A stretch of 62,986 nt of DNA, counting the filler, from Parasitella parasitica NRRL 2501 (taxonomy: Eukaryota; Fungi; Mucoromycota), in assembly GCA_025201805.1 (NCBI GenBank). It is 9 parts of 9 records of this genome, joined end to end, with 100 filler letters (N's around TTAATTAATTAA, not from the genome) between each part and the next. Parts side by side here need not be neighbours in the genome. Positions count along the whole stretch, not along the records: positions 1 to 5,901 come from MU619459.1; positions 6,002 to 13,305 come from MU619379.1; 7 more parts are not named here. The stretch is one strand, 5' to 3'. How positions within the stretch are numbered: position 1 is the stretch's first letter; each line of letters starts with the position of its first letter. Positions 1-12,273 of this stretch are shown piece after piece. Below the pieces are notes generated by a model. The model was given only the letters and a program-made list of their open reading frames with translations. It did no database searches and had not been told where the DNA came from. A program made the translations under genes and the position numbers.

Positions 1-56
1 AAAAAAAAAAAAAAAGGGCAACATGTGATTTCCGTTTTCTAACATCCGATGTTTAG

Positions 57-446
57 TGGGCTCGTAATGCTCCAAGTGCAACATGGAGACTCGGTGGCCC
101 ATCACACCCACCGACACCACATCACAGTATACCTCTGCCTCCTCCTCCTCTGCCCCCACACTCAGGACACATACCACTACCGTACAGATCATACAGCCCA
201 TATCGCAGCAGCAGTCGAGGCCGACGACGTTCAATGTCGCCACCCAGAGGGAGATCTCCTCCGCCCCATCATCATCACTATATGATGCACGAACGACGAT
301 ACTCTACTTCGCATTCGAGATCTCGCTCGCCCATCCCGACTTCGATTGTCAATAATACCATCGACAAGCATCGCTCTATTTCACCCCCTATGAGCAAAAG
401 CAAACCGTCGCCTTCGAGACACTACCATAGCCCACCACTCGTATGA
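57..446 (+). CDS. Last exon of an SR-type RRM protein (Srp1-like); 5' part lies outside the window
   Basis: Branch point CTAAC and acceptor TTAG (54-56), then an open frame WARNAPSATWR...RSYSPYRSSSRGRRRSMSPPRGRSP...RSRSRSP to TGA at 446. The W-A-R-x-x-P-S-x-x-W motif resembles the RRM end of fungal Srp1. Confidence 0.65.
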   Translation, partial: WARNAPSATWRLGGPSHPPTPHHSIPLPPPPLPPHSGHIPLPYRSYSPYRSSSRGRRRSMSPPRGRSPPPHHHHYMMHERRYSTSHSRSRSPIPTSIVNNTIDKHRSISPPMSKSKPSPSRHYHSPPLV

Positions 447-499
447 AAGACCAATGATTTCTTTATATTAAACACAATAAAAAGACGTTTATTATCCTT

Positions 500-2494
500 T
501 CACATATTATTTTGTTGGATTGCTTTAAGAACACGCTGAACAAAGGGCCTCGTTCTTGCAATCTCACCAACAGGCGTTTTTAGTAGCACACCGACTAATC
601 GCATCAATCCCTCGAGCGCCTTTTTCTTGATGGGTGTATTCTGATCGACATGGTACAGTAGGATTTCACACGCTTGCTTCAACTCATGCACACAAGGTCT
701 GAAATAGCAATCCATAGCGACGATCCAGTGGTCAAACAGCTCGACCAGGGCAAATGCTGCTGTTGTACATCTCTGCACGGACATTGGGGTGGGCAGGTAA
801 CTTTGGTGAATCAAGATCCAATGTCCGTGATGTCTGATCCACTGCTTAAATATGCAGCGACGATGCCACAAGTGCGTCTGACTGTTGAGGAGCTCTATTT
901 TTGGCAGTTGCTTTTGGAAGCTTATCAAGCGCTTTTCGATACGCTCAATCTGCTCGTATGACGTTTGTGCCTCCTCGGGATGCGTGAATATGGTGCGTCG
1001 GATGTCTCGTGTGATCTGGCAGGTATGGAATTCAATGAATTGAAAGAATGCTTGGTGCTCATCTACGCCGGCGGACGACAAGGGCGGGTTCTTGAAGAAC
1101 GTTGTTGTGCTGACATGGTCGTCTAGATGTATCTCGTACGGTTTGTTGTGGTAGTGAGAGGATGCTGTGTCCAAAAAGTACATGAACCACAGCAGGGAGC
1201 GAGCATACTGCTTGACGACCATGATGGGAGGTTTGTACGGTAGTGGAAATACGGATGCTTGGTTTTGGGATATACTGTCTAGTGCGTCCTCTCTATACAG
1301 CTGCAGTGAGAGCGCCATTCGTACCGCCATCCCCGAGTAGATATATACGACAGATGTGTTTCCGTTTTCAATATGATAGAGGACCAGATTGCAAATGGCG
1401 TGACACGTCGTAAGGCTGGGCGCATCAAAATAGATGGACGACAAGAGACGCTTGGCCCATTTATAATATTCAACTGACAGGCGGACACAAGTGGGTTCAT
1501 CGATGCTGTTTTCAAATATCTCAGGATGCCAGTAGAACGCATGAGGCAGCATATGGCACACAATCGAAGCGTACAATAGCTGAAACGCAGGCGATAATAT
1601 CTCTTGGTCCATCAGCAAATTTGTGAACAGTGTGTCGAAAGGCTGGACAGCTCCATAAAGTAAACAGTTCTTGTACAACGATAACAGCCGCTGCGCTAGA
1701 AACGGCGGCAGCTTTTCAGGCACGGTATCCAAAGTCAGCGAGTCGTCTTGCTCGTCATCCTGCTCCTCTTCTAGTAAAGGACTGTGAATGGGATCATCTT
1801 CTGAATCTTCGCCGTCGTTGACATTTGGCCGCAAACTGGTGAAATGAGACAGTCGAACATTTGGAAATATCGAGTGGTTGCGGATGAGCCACACAGGCTT
1901 TTTCTGCTGCTCTGGTTGAGGGTATAAGGTGATTGCATTTGTGTTGTCTTTTGCAAACTGTATAAGGGTTGAGTATATGTCAGCGACATGGAACATGTGC
2001 GTATCGATGGATAGTCCTGCTGATCCTGATTGATGGATGTTCCATTTAGAAAGTGAATTGGCCTGTATGCTTGAGTGCTGCTGCTGCTGCTGCTCTGATG
2101 TCTGCGATGGCGACTGTGGTGGTTGGCGTGGTTGAGATGGTGCTACGCTTTTGACCAGCTGCTCTATATTGCCGAATTCATCCAACAATGAGTGTATTTG
2201 GTTTTCTAAACCTGCAAAGCGATCACGCAGCGCAGTGCTTTCCAAATCGCCCGGAATTTCCAAATATGCGCACTCCACACCAGCAGCCAAGCACTGCTCA
2301 CAAGAAGGCCGTGAGCGTGAACATTTGGAACGATGTTTGCGACATCTGAAGACGGCTGTTAGCATTCCGAGATATCAAAAATCGGCAGGCTTCTTGGCTT
2401 ACCTTTGGCAAGACAGAGCCATACGAGCTCTTCTCTTTACAGGCCGAGCTTGACTATCATCTCCATAGCTTGTCAAAGAATCGCTCTCCATCAT
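500..2494 (-). CDS. Zn(II)2Cys6 fungal transcription factor with fungal-specific TF domain
   Basis: ATG at 2494 and intron 2346-2402 (GTAAG...CAG). Splicing restores CQRCRKHRSKCSRSRPSCEQCLAAGVEC. Middle-homology region: YIYSGMAVRMALSLQLYRE and RSLLWFMYFLD. Confidence 0.92.
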
Positions 2495-2515
2495 ATCTTT
2501 GTACCCTGTACAAAG

Positions 2516-2561
<46 letters not shown>

Positions 2562-3255
2562 TGGAAAAAAACGGGATTGTGAGAAATTTAAAAGGTTTCA
2601 CCCAGGCCTATGAGCTGCTTCCAATGGTTGCAAACATATTGTTTAGGAAAATCCTGTCTCTCTCTCTGGTGGTTTTTGTATCACGTCAGATCCACCATCA
2701 GCAGCAATCATCGACACATGCCACAACTGTCCATGGCAAGCAGAATTGTTTTCTTCGCGCTACAAGCCAATACCCATGAGCCAATTAAATCTGGATCTAG
2801 CTGAAACTACCTTATTAAACAAACGTATAAATAGACGGAATTAGACCCTGCATGATGTATACATTGGATTCTTGGACAAAGCAGTTTGATTTCATTGTCA
2901 CCAAAGAATAATAGGAAACCACGCTCACAAAGAAAACGACATTACTCGGCATGTTCTTTGTGAAATTGGGCCCTGTTTGACACGCTCATTTTAAGGGCCC
3001 TTTCCCCGCAACTCCGAATATCTTGTGTGTATAATTAGCTAATGGAGAGAGCATTTAGTGCTGCTGATGTAAATCTAAGGACACTCAAGTGTTGTGGCGT
3101 GCATGTGTAGTTGCACCTGTGTATGTGTGCGCGTATGTAGAGCGAGTGTACCTGGAATTTTTAAACTATTGTTGTTGGAAATAAGCTACATAAATAGAGG
3201 ACCGTTTCCAAGATTTAAATTTTTTTCCTTCCTTGTTCTTCTACATCTAAAAACA

Positions 3256-5205
3256 ATGCTGAAAAATCCAAGCAAAGTACACCAAGATACTCTAACCAAT
3301 TCGTCCAAGCCAAAGATGGTATAAAGTGGCCTCTTTCATAAAAAACGACGCGAAGCATCTAATCGTCTCTCTTTTTACACAGTTGTCAATGTCTGACGAG
3401 CAAGTGGAAGAATACGTTCGTGTCCTGTTTAATTCTTCACCAAGAGCTAACTTTGAAACAGCACCTGCTGAGGAATGGCTGCAATTCCTGGAAAAAATCA
3501 ATGAGCAGCGAAACTACTTTATTCTATCAGAGCAGCAAAAGAAAGCAATAAGGCCGTATTTTGTGCAGAATGCAGACCTGGAAATGACCCCAGACGAGTT
3601 TGTCATGCTTCTCTCTATCATTCGAAATGAACCCATCAAAGAAGAGCAAAGTCCACGGGCTGCTTCAAGTACATCTGTAACTAGAAAGTTGGCTTCCGGT
3701 AAATCAGCTACGGGATATTACGATGACAGAGCTAGTACAAATCATCCTGACGACAATGTAAGTGAGAGGGCTATTAGTAATTTAACATGACCCTCATTTT
3801 CTCTCTCTCCCTTTCTTTCTTTTAAAAGGTGACTCATACAAGTGAACAAGCAAAAGACTTGGGTATGTTGAATCGAAGCATTTTTAATGATAACAAACAT
3901 TTAATAACAAATCATAGATTTTACTGATGAAAACAACGACAATGGTCAGGTAAGGAATGGCTAAGCGACGCCCTATTCACTCAAAAGTTCATGCAATCAA
4001 CTTCAGGACATGTCGCTACTAAAGAGGTCGAGAAAAGAAAAGAATGTGGCCACAATACCGTTACGGGAGTACGAATCAAGAATTGTGGACATAAACAAGG
4101 AGTATTCGGAGCGCATTTCACAATTACAAACAAGATTGGAAAAGATGCAGATAGATGCTGAACAGCAAAAGGGTTTACTGGGAGATCAAAAGAACAAAGA
4201 AAGAGTTAGATTAGAGAGAATTGCTGAATTGAATTCGCAGAATGAGGATTACGAGAAGAAACACACGCTCCTTCTGAAGCAGCTGCAGAAAAAAGGTGAA
4301 GAGTTGGACAAGCTTCGAGGAGAACTGCGTATCCTACAGGAAGCACACAATATCACACTTTCTAAGCTAGACGCCACCGAATTTCAAGCCAAAGAGTTGG
4401 CCCGGGTCCATGAAAAGGAAAAGGCCGATCTTCAACTAAAACTGGATCAGGAGAAAAGACAAGCAATGGATCAAAGACATACATTGGAAGCACAACAAAA
4501 CGAAAACGTGAAATTAATGGAGCTGATTGATAGGCAAAAGTTTGATCTGGATGAAGCCAGAAGTGGGCTGCGATACTACTCAAACACCTCGTCTACTGCA
4601 TTGGTAAATATGAAATCGTTTGCTCAATTTATGCTCAAGCTGATTGTTTTATAGGATAAAAAGTCATCTACTGCCGCATCAACAAGTCTTAAAAAAGATG
4701 GTTCCGAGCAAAGTTTGGCCCATGAACAAATGGAAGCTGAATACACTAAAAAATTAGAATCGGTAAAACAAGAGCGCGATACTTACCAACAGCAACTGGT
4801 AGTGGTCCAGAATGAATTGAAACAAGGTAATAAATCGTATATTAATGAATTATCTTGTCGGGTGATATTTATTGTTTGTTTTATTTCTTTTTCTGTTTTC
4901 TAGAACAAACAGCCGCAGCATTACTTCAAGCATCCCAGACAGAAAGGATTCAGGATCTTTCGAATGACTTTGATCAGCAATTGAGCCTTATCGAATCGAT
5001 CAGACTAAATATCAGCTCGAATCAACATGGACGTGGCAGCAAATTGTTTTTTGGATTATCTATCATTCCTTGGATATTTTTATTTTACCATGTGTTGTTG
5101 ATTCTATTCTATTATTTACTTGAGGTCACGCATATGGAGCCTCCCCAGATCTATCCCCTTTCTTTTTCAAACTTTATTGATGAACTTTTCTTTAAATATC
5201 TTTAG
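3256..5205 (+). CDS. Multi-exon coiled-coil protein with EF-hand-like N-terminus and C-terminal TM (tail-anchored; KASH/Kms1-like candidate)
   Basis: ATG at 3256 and intron 3319-3382 join in frame. Further GT-AG introns link ORF pieces 3326-3790, 4010-4654, 4715-4903 and 4855-5205. A long heptad region precedes the hydrophobic LFFGLSIIPWIFLFYHVLLILFYYLL and a short tail. Confidence 0.75.
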
Positions 5206-5744
5206 AGCATTTCCTGAAAGGACGCTTTTCGTTCTTTGTATATTACTCTCATTCTCTCCATTTCACAACGCAAAAGAACCATACTTTTTTATGTTTCTCA
5301 TATACCTTTACATCATAGCTGCTCGTTTTGTTTGTACCCATTGCATAAAATTGAACAACATTTCGTACATAATAAAGCACAAATGTATAAACCCAAATTT
5401 TGACAATAGCAGATCATGCATGAGTCATTATGTGTCTATTATGTGGATTTCTTTTAATTGAAAACCTATCATAAATAGGTGCTCGCAAAGACATGGTCTA
5501 TAACACTTATCATCAACTTTTAGAGACCTGACATTTTATATTTTTTTATACAAAGATTCTCTTGTTAAATCTCTTGAATTGTTCCCTACAAGTCTTATAA
5601 TACTCCACAATTTGTACTGGAGTATAGGTATTCAATGATTCCACATTTCTATCGGATGAGTTTGTATTAATTTCAAATCTCGTTTTACGATCCAAAATGG
5701 ACAACAATGATAGCATCGCTAACACCACCACTAGAAAAGAGAGA

Positions 5745-5901
5745 CACGTGATTTATTTTAAACTCCGATACAGAAAACCGAAAAACGTTTGATAGAGACA
5801 TTGCCCAGTGGAAATCAAGTTATGCTCATATAGCGATGATTATGCGTGTACTTATGGGGCATAGGAGAGGCTTTTATTTGGTCTTTATCGAAGCTTACGT
5901 T
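5745..5901 (+). repeat. End of a non-coding dispersed repeat starting CACGTG (probable DNA-transposon terminus), running into a gap
   Basis: Aligns by eye with the reverse complement of 29377-29514 and with 28995-29110 (core GATAGAGACATTGCCCA..GAAATCAAG.TATGCTCA.ATAGCGATGAT). Confidence 0.7.
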
Positions 5902-6001
5902 NNNNNNNNNNNNNNNNNNNNNNNNNNNNNNNNNNNNNNNNNNNNTTAATTAATTAANNNNNNNNNNNNNNNNNNNNNNNNNNNNNNNNNNNNNNNNNNN
6001 N
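5902..6001. other. Assembly linker (N44-TTAATTAATTAA-N44). Same linker at 13306, 29277, 46003, 47580, 51528, 58974 and 61169; plain N gaps at 54446-54465 and 56167-56316
   Basis: Identical 100-bp spacer with stops in all six frames; artefact. Confidence 0.97.
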
Positions 6002-6479
6002 AGTTTTCGTATCTCGTTAACCTTTGGTTTTTTTATTATCTTTTTGATCCAACATTGTTGCAGAATCCAAGGAACTTCTGAATTACATGCGTTCTTGGCA
6101 TGCTACTGGGCGTGGAAGTTTTCGTGGACGTGGGGCTCGCTGTAGCCGTGTTGGTCGTGGTGGCCGTGGTGGTCGTGGTGAGCATCACTATTGTGGTGGC
6201 AGAGGTAATAGCAGCAATCGTGTTAGTAAAACACATATACAGTACTACAGTGTTTCAACTGCCAAGGTTTTGGTCATTTCGAGCGTGATGCTCATCAGAG
6301 AAACAAACACAGTTGGCTTATGTAGAAGAATTTACTGATAATGATAATCATACGGAGGACAATAAAATCATTGATTCGTCTGTTTACTTGTATTGTGTTT
6401 TACCTACTTCTCATTGTTATGTCGAATCTCTCAAAATGGATAATCATATGCTTCGGAAGGATGTTCCGTTTGGGCTATC

Positions 6480-6870
6480 TGATTTATCAGAATGAGAAAT
6501 TATTCAAATAAAACGGTTGTGAATTAATCAGGTAAAGATCTCGTTTATTACATGGAAAAAATTGATTTATCAGAATGAGAAATTATTCAAATAAAACGGT
6601 TGTGAATTAATCAGGTAAAGATCTCGTTTATTACATGGAAAAAATGATGGTTTATATACTAGTGAATCTAAGTGGACTGATGGGAGGATAAGATACAAGT
6701 GTGAGACATGGTGTGATTTAGAGAATGGAACGATAGATCGTATCTATTATCCATGAACATGTCATGTTGAGTTATAAATAAGGAACATGATCCATTGGGA
6801 TATGTTCCTGAATTGTGTTCAGGATTGAGTTTACTTGAGTTTGACTTCCGGTTGGGAAATTGACACATCA
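6480..6870 (-). mobile_element. Solo LTR, family A copy 1, with an 83-bp terminal tandem duplication
   Basis: Termini TGAT...ATCA; TSD CTATC (6475-6479/6871-6875); 6480-6562 repeated at 6563-6645. Strand inferred from TATATAAA then AATAAA on the minus strand. Confidence 0.9.
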
Positions 6871-6997
6871 CTATCTGCTGGTGCTATTGACACTAAACTG
6901 CCTTTGTATCGTGCTCTGGTAAATGGTTCTATCTGTTCTGTTTTGATAGACTCGGGTGCTTCTGCTAATTATATTAGTCCTACATTGCTATCCTCTG

Positions 6998-7473
6998 TGA
7001 TGTATATTTCAGATATTTCAATACAATAAAAAGAGACTTGTAATAATTCACAGCTTTCAACTGTATCCGAACAATAAAAGAAGTATATCTTCAATTATTT
7101 ACTACAACAACTGAGATGGTAGCTGTAATAACCAATAGATTAATGTGATAGTATGTTGTCACTGTTGATGAACGAATAGAAAATACACCGTGTTATCATT
7201 GTCAATTGGTTTGATATGTTTCATTGTTGAGATTGATCCAAGAATATGAGCTGATGTAACATATCAAATAGTTTGTTCGCACCTTGACATTTGAGAGCAA
7301 GTCCGCATATCTTGTTGATGTCATGGCAGCCGAGACATTGCGATATCCAGTGACCGTTGAGATATTATACTGATTCGTATCTGATACAATCATATAATAT
7401 ATTTGCAGTAAATCAGCAAGCGTAGTACTTGTAGGAATTGATATAGTGCAGATGTAGCAGTGCGTATACATCA
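6998..7473 (-). mobile_element. Solo LTR, family B copy 1
   Basis: Perfect 9-bp inverted termini TGATGTATA...TATACATCA; TSD CTCTG (6993-6997/7474-7478); near-identical to 11381-11885. Confidence 0.92.
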
Positions 7474-9460
7474 CTCTGTCTCAAAATTGCGCAATAATAT
7501 CCAGGGCCAAGCTGTAGAAACGGCAAATGGTCATTAATCTGCTATAACATCTGTGGCTACCTTTACACTACAACTAGGCGATTATCAAGATGATATGGAA
7601 GCATATGTATTTGATACGAAGTTTGATTTGATTCTTGGAAATGCTTGGTTGCGTCAAGTTCAATCCGTACCTGATTGGTTTGATAGTTCATGGTCAATTA
7701 CTCTGGGGAATGGTCGTTACACTGTAATTAGACCTTTTCAGAAGGAGATACCGGCCATAAACGACGCTTATACTCTGGAGAAGGATGGTGTTGTTTCTGA
7801 TGATATAATTAACAACTTGGGATCTGCGGATAATGATGAGATGTTGAATGTTGGTGTGGATCGGTCTGGGGATTTGTATTGGGTTCTGATGAAATGAATG
7901 AGGTGGATGATTGTGATTTTGTCATCACGGCAAGACAGTTTGAACGACTATTAAAAAAGAATCAAGTTGAGGAGTGCTTTTTGGTGTCTGCTAAGAAATT
8001 ACACAACTTAATGGATCTGAATAATATGAATTTAGTCGTATCTGATCAAGACAAGGAGAATGAGCAATGGTGCGAGGAGTTTGCAAAATCCTATCCGGAT
8101 GTGTTCAAGGGTTCTCTAGATACATTGCCGCCGAGGCGTAAAACAAATGGTAATATGATTGAACTGGAAACTAATACTAAACCAATCTCTCGTGCTCCAT
8201 ATCGTATGTCTCCAATAGAACTGAAGAAATTGCGAAAGCAATTGGAGGATTTACTAAGCAAAGGTTTTATTGAGCCATGCGTCTCTGAATGGGGAAGTCC
8301 TGTTTTGTTTGTGAACAAACCAAATGGCTCTTTGCGTATGGTTTGCGATTATTGTGCATTTTAAATGCAAAGACCATTGCTCAGCGTGTACCTTTACCCC
8401 TTATTGACGAATGTTTGGAGCATTTACATGGCGTTACTTACATGAGATCCATCGACTTAACTAGCAGTTTTTGGCAACAGCGGCTGTCGTCGTCAGATTC
8501 CCTTAAAAGTGCTATAAATACTAGATATGGACAACAATTTCTTGGTCGGTTATGGCAATGGGCTTGAAAAACTCGGGAGCAAAATGGATGTTTTTGATGA
8601 ACGATGTACTTAAAGAGTATATTGATGATTTTGTTACCTGCTGTATTGATGACTGTCTCATATATACGAAAGGCGATGATATTGAATTGCACAAAAAGCA
8701 TTTGCACATGGTTTTCAAGAAACTTTAAGGTGCTGGTTTGGTGGTGTCAAGATCAAAATGTAAATTTAATCGCAAAGAAATTACATTTTTGGGTCACAAT
8801 ATCGTCGCGAGTCAGGGCACAAGGCCTTCTAAGAAAAAGGTGGATGCCATCGTCTCTTGGCCTATTCCTCAGACTGTTCAAGACGTCCGTAAATTTATAG
8901 GTCTTTGCCAGTACTACGCTACTTACATGCCTAACTTTGCGGATGTTGCTGCTTCTATCACGGATTTGACAAAAGGTGTGGGTCCCAAGAATCGTAAGAT
9001 TTTCTGGTCAGATACATGCCAGAGGGTCTTCGATACTATTAAATCCTTGATTGCATCTTCTCCTGTTCTTCTAATGCCGGATATGTCTCGTCCATTTTGA
9101 ATTGAATGTGATGCTAGTGATTTTGGTGTAGGTGCTGTTTTGCTACAACAGGACCCTAACTTTAATGATGATTGGAAACCGGTGGCATTTATCTCCAGAA
9201 AACTTTCTAGTGCAGAACGCAACTATCCTACTCAGGAACGCAAGTTATTAGTCATTTTATTTGCCTGCAAGAAATGGCGATGCTTTGTTGAAGGATTCAC
9301 GTACGAAGTCTACACTGATCATCGACCTTTGCAATTCTATAAGTCATCTAGTAAGGTTTCTCCTCGTTTAGTTCGTTGGATGCAAGATTTGGAAATGTAT
9401 CAGCCTACACTAATCTATAAGAAGGGCACTGACAATGTCGTTCCAGATTTACTGAGTCGT

Positions 9461-9978
9461 TGTCAGGAACTGTGAGCTTGGCAAGATAATTGATTCTGTG
9501 AGTGTGTTTATTATAAAAGACTTGATATTGATAATAGACTTAGGATAATCGACAAGGAAAGGAAAGAGTTATGAAAGTGAATCGTATTTATATCTTTCGA
9601 TATGAAACACGATTACTAATAATTACATGGGAACTAGATGCAGTTCCGTTACATAAACACATGGGACCTGCGTAAGGTTTGGTTACATAATTCGTGGGGC
9701 ATGAGCTCAATGGTGTAGGTTTCAGTCGGGAAGAGTCGTGGGTAACATTGATTGCTTGGCGTGAGTCTTGATTGGTGTTGGTTTCACTTGGTGTGGGATA
9801 TCGAAACATGAGAAGCTTGGCATAAGTCTTGATTGGTGTTTGTCTTGAACTGTGGAACATTACATGGTTTATGATTATGCAGTGCTTGAGTACGCATGAA
9901 TCACATGTGATCTACACAATGACATAATCTCGATCTGCATGAATTCTTGATATACTTTGACAGGCGTAGTTCATGACA
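9461..9978 (-). mobile_element. Solo LTR, family C
   Basis: Termini TGTCAGGAAC...GTTCATGACA; TSD GTCGT (9456-9460/9979-9983); interrupts the RNase H-IN linker. Confidence 0.9.
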
Positions 9979-11380
9979 GTCGTCGTGATGGACCAGATTG
10001 TGTGCCAGATATTGCTTCTATGGAACCTGAATACTTGTATCAAACGTCTTCCTCTATATTGAATAAAGTTCTGCAACCTTCTGACACCTCACTGCTGACG
10101 GACCCTTGCCAAGATTGGCCTATATTTTTCAATAAAAAGAAGGAGGATTGGTCTGCTAAGTGGTATTCGCAGTTGGAGAAGGAAGAACCTAATTTTCAAG
10201 TAATTGAAAATGTGGTCTGGCGCTTGAATCTCAACCCTGCAAACAGTAAAGAGGCATCCAGATTGAAATTTATCACTTTTGCTCGCCGTACTGATTTGAT
10301 TGAAGATTTTCATCGTGGATTTGGACATTCTGGGCAGCTTACGGTATACCATTTGATGAAGCAACGGGTATGGTGGCCATCCATGCGAAAAGATATTAAT
10401 TACTGGTTAAAAACTTGCCCAGAATGTCAATTACATAGTCGTAGTGAAAAGTCCAACCACCATGCACCCATGAAGCCTCTGGAGTTTCCTGCACCGTTCG
10501 CGCGATGGTATATTGATTTTATTGGTGAACTTCCTCTTACAAATGTTGGTAATAGATGGATCATCATGGCTGTTGACTATATGCAACGAACTGGCCTGTG
10601 GCTCGTGCCTTGAAATCTGCAACAGCAGATGAGATTGTGAAATTTTTATTTGAGGAAATTGTAATGAAATTCGGATGTCCTGTAGAACTAGTCTCGGATC
10701 GTGGTGCCAAATTTTTGAGCAAGATATTAAAACAATACATGCACAAGATCCGTTCAAAGCACATCTTTACTTCAGCTTTCCATCCAAGAACCAACTCCAA
10801 ATGTGAGTGTTTGAATCAAACTTTCAAGCACATGCTCACCGAATATGTAAATGGTCAAGTACATTCTTGGGATGAATACGTGGATTCTGCGTTGTTCTCT
10901 TGTCGTATTTGCAAGCATACAACAACTGGATACAGACCATTCTATCTTGTATATGGTCAAAAACCGGTTTTACCTGGGGATTCTTGGCGTCCTTTTATGG
11001 ATCCATTAACTGAAGAAGATCCAGAGTTAGTAGCGGAAGATGTTTTGGCTCGCATGCGTGATCTTCGGGAGAAACGTTTTGAAGCTAAAGAACAAATTAT
11101 CTTACAAGCTAAGAAGGATAAAGATCGTTGGGATGCTGCTTTAAAAAACCAAAAGACACAGACGTTTGAGGTTGGTGATTATGTACTGCTACGGAATGAA
11201 TCCAAGAGAGGCCTGGAGTTCAACTGGATGGGACCCTATGTGGTTGTGAAGTTTAATCTTGATTACAACACGTATCAAATTCAAGAGGTTGAAGGCAAAG
11301 TGTATAACTCATGGGTATATACTGATCGTCTACATGCTGTCAATTATGACGGTTCAAACCTCAGAAATTTTGGTATATTC

Positions 11381-11885
11381 TGATGTATATTTCAGATATT
11401 TCAATACAATAAAAAGAGACTTGTAATAATTCACAGCTTTCAACTGTATCCGAACAATAAAAGAAGTATATCGTTTATTATGATATAAATACAGGGTATT
11501 TATATCTTCAATTATTTACTACAACTGAGATGGTAGCTGTAATAACCAATAGATTAATGTGATAGTATGTTGTCACTGTTGATGAACGAATATAAAATAC
11601 ACCGTGTTATCATTGTCAATTGGTTTGATATGTTTCATTGTTGAGATTGATCCAAGAATATGAGCTGATGTAACATATCAAATAGTTTGTTTGCACCTTG
11701 ACATTTGAGCAAGTCCGCATATCTTGTTGATGTCATGGCAGCCAAGACATTGCGATATCCAGTGACCGTTGAGATATTATACTGATTCGTATCTGATACA
11801 ATCATATAATATATTTGCAGTAAATCAGCAAGCGTAGTACTTGTAGGAATTGATATAGTGCAGATGTAGCAGTGCGTATACATCA
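11381..11885 (-). mobile_element. Solo LTR, family B copy 2
   Basis: Termini TGATGTATA...TATACATCA; its own TSD TATTC (11376-11380/11886-11890); interrupts the last codons of the integrase. Confidence 0.92.
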
Positions 11886-11959
11886 TATTCCTCGTATTGC
11901 TAAAGCTAAATAATTTTTTTTCTCATTCACCTTTGTACTTCTTTTTGGAAAGAAGGTAA

Positions 11960-12252
11960 TGTCAGGTTTACACTGACCTTGTGTGTAAGCTTTTAGTCAA
12001 TATAAATATCTATCGATGTACAAAAGAATAAAGGGCATCTTTTAATCTCTTAAATATCTTATATTTATATCTTATAATAATCCCATCTCTGCTCACGACA
12101 CAACATCTCGGTTTTCAGGTACACACAGACTTTGAGTGTAACACTTTTACTTGTTATAAATATCAATTGAATACAAAAGAATAAGCATCATTTTTCTTTC
12201 ATCTCTTACTTTATACTTTATAGACACTTATCAAAGCAACACAAAACTGACA
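11960..12252 (+). repeat. 3' LTR of the host gypsy element
   Basis: Follows polypurine tract GGAAAGAAGG (11947-11956); inverted termini TGTCAGGTTT...AAAACTGACA. Confidence 0.85.
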
Positions 12253-12273
12253 CATCTCTACACACGATACGGT

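Larger units (their letters stand above)
6080..12252 (+). mobile_element. Decayed Ty3/gypsy LTR retrotransposon (gag end, PR-RT-RH-IN, PPT, 3' LTR) interrupted by four solo LTRs
   Basis: RGG-rich segment and knuckle CFNCQGFGHFERD (~6251). Protease LIDSGAS (~6945), RT PYRMS/WGSPVLFV/CIDD, RNase H ECDASDFGVGAVL, IN zinc finger H..GH..C..C and core IDFIG/SDRG. Many stops and frameshifts. Removing the inserts restores the frame (PFGLS|AGAID, PDLLSR|RDGPD, WYIPRIAKAK*). Confidence 0.95.

Noticed and set aside
2405-2779. Poly-Lys ORF and other short or antisense ORFs in the track
   Set aside because: These are translations of poly(A) tracts, LTRs or the antisense strand of real genes.
5946-5957. 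Recurrent palindrome TTAATTAATTAA
   Set aside because: Always centred in a 100-bp N block; a scaffolding linker, not biology.
6998-11885. Family B copies as the 5' and 3' LTRs of the pol between them
   Set aside because: Each copy has its own TSD and interrupts host coding sequence; the real 3' LTR follows the PPT at 11960.
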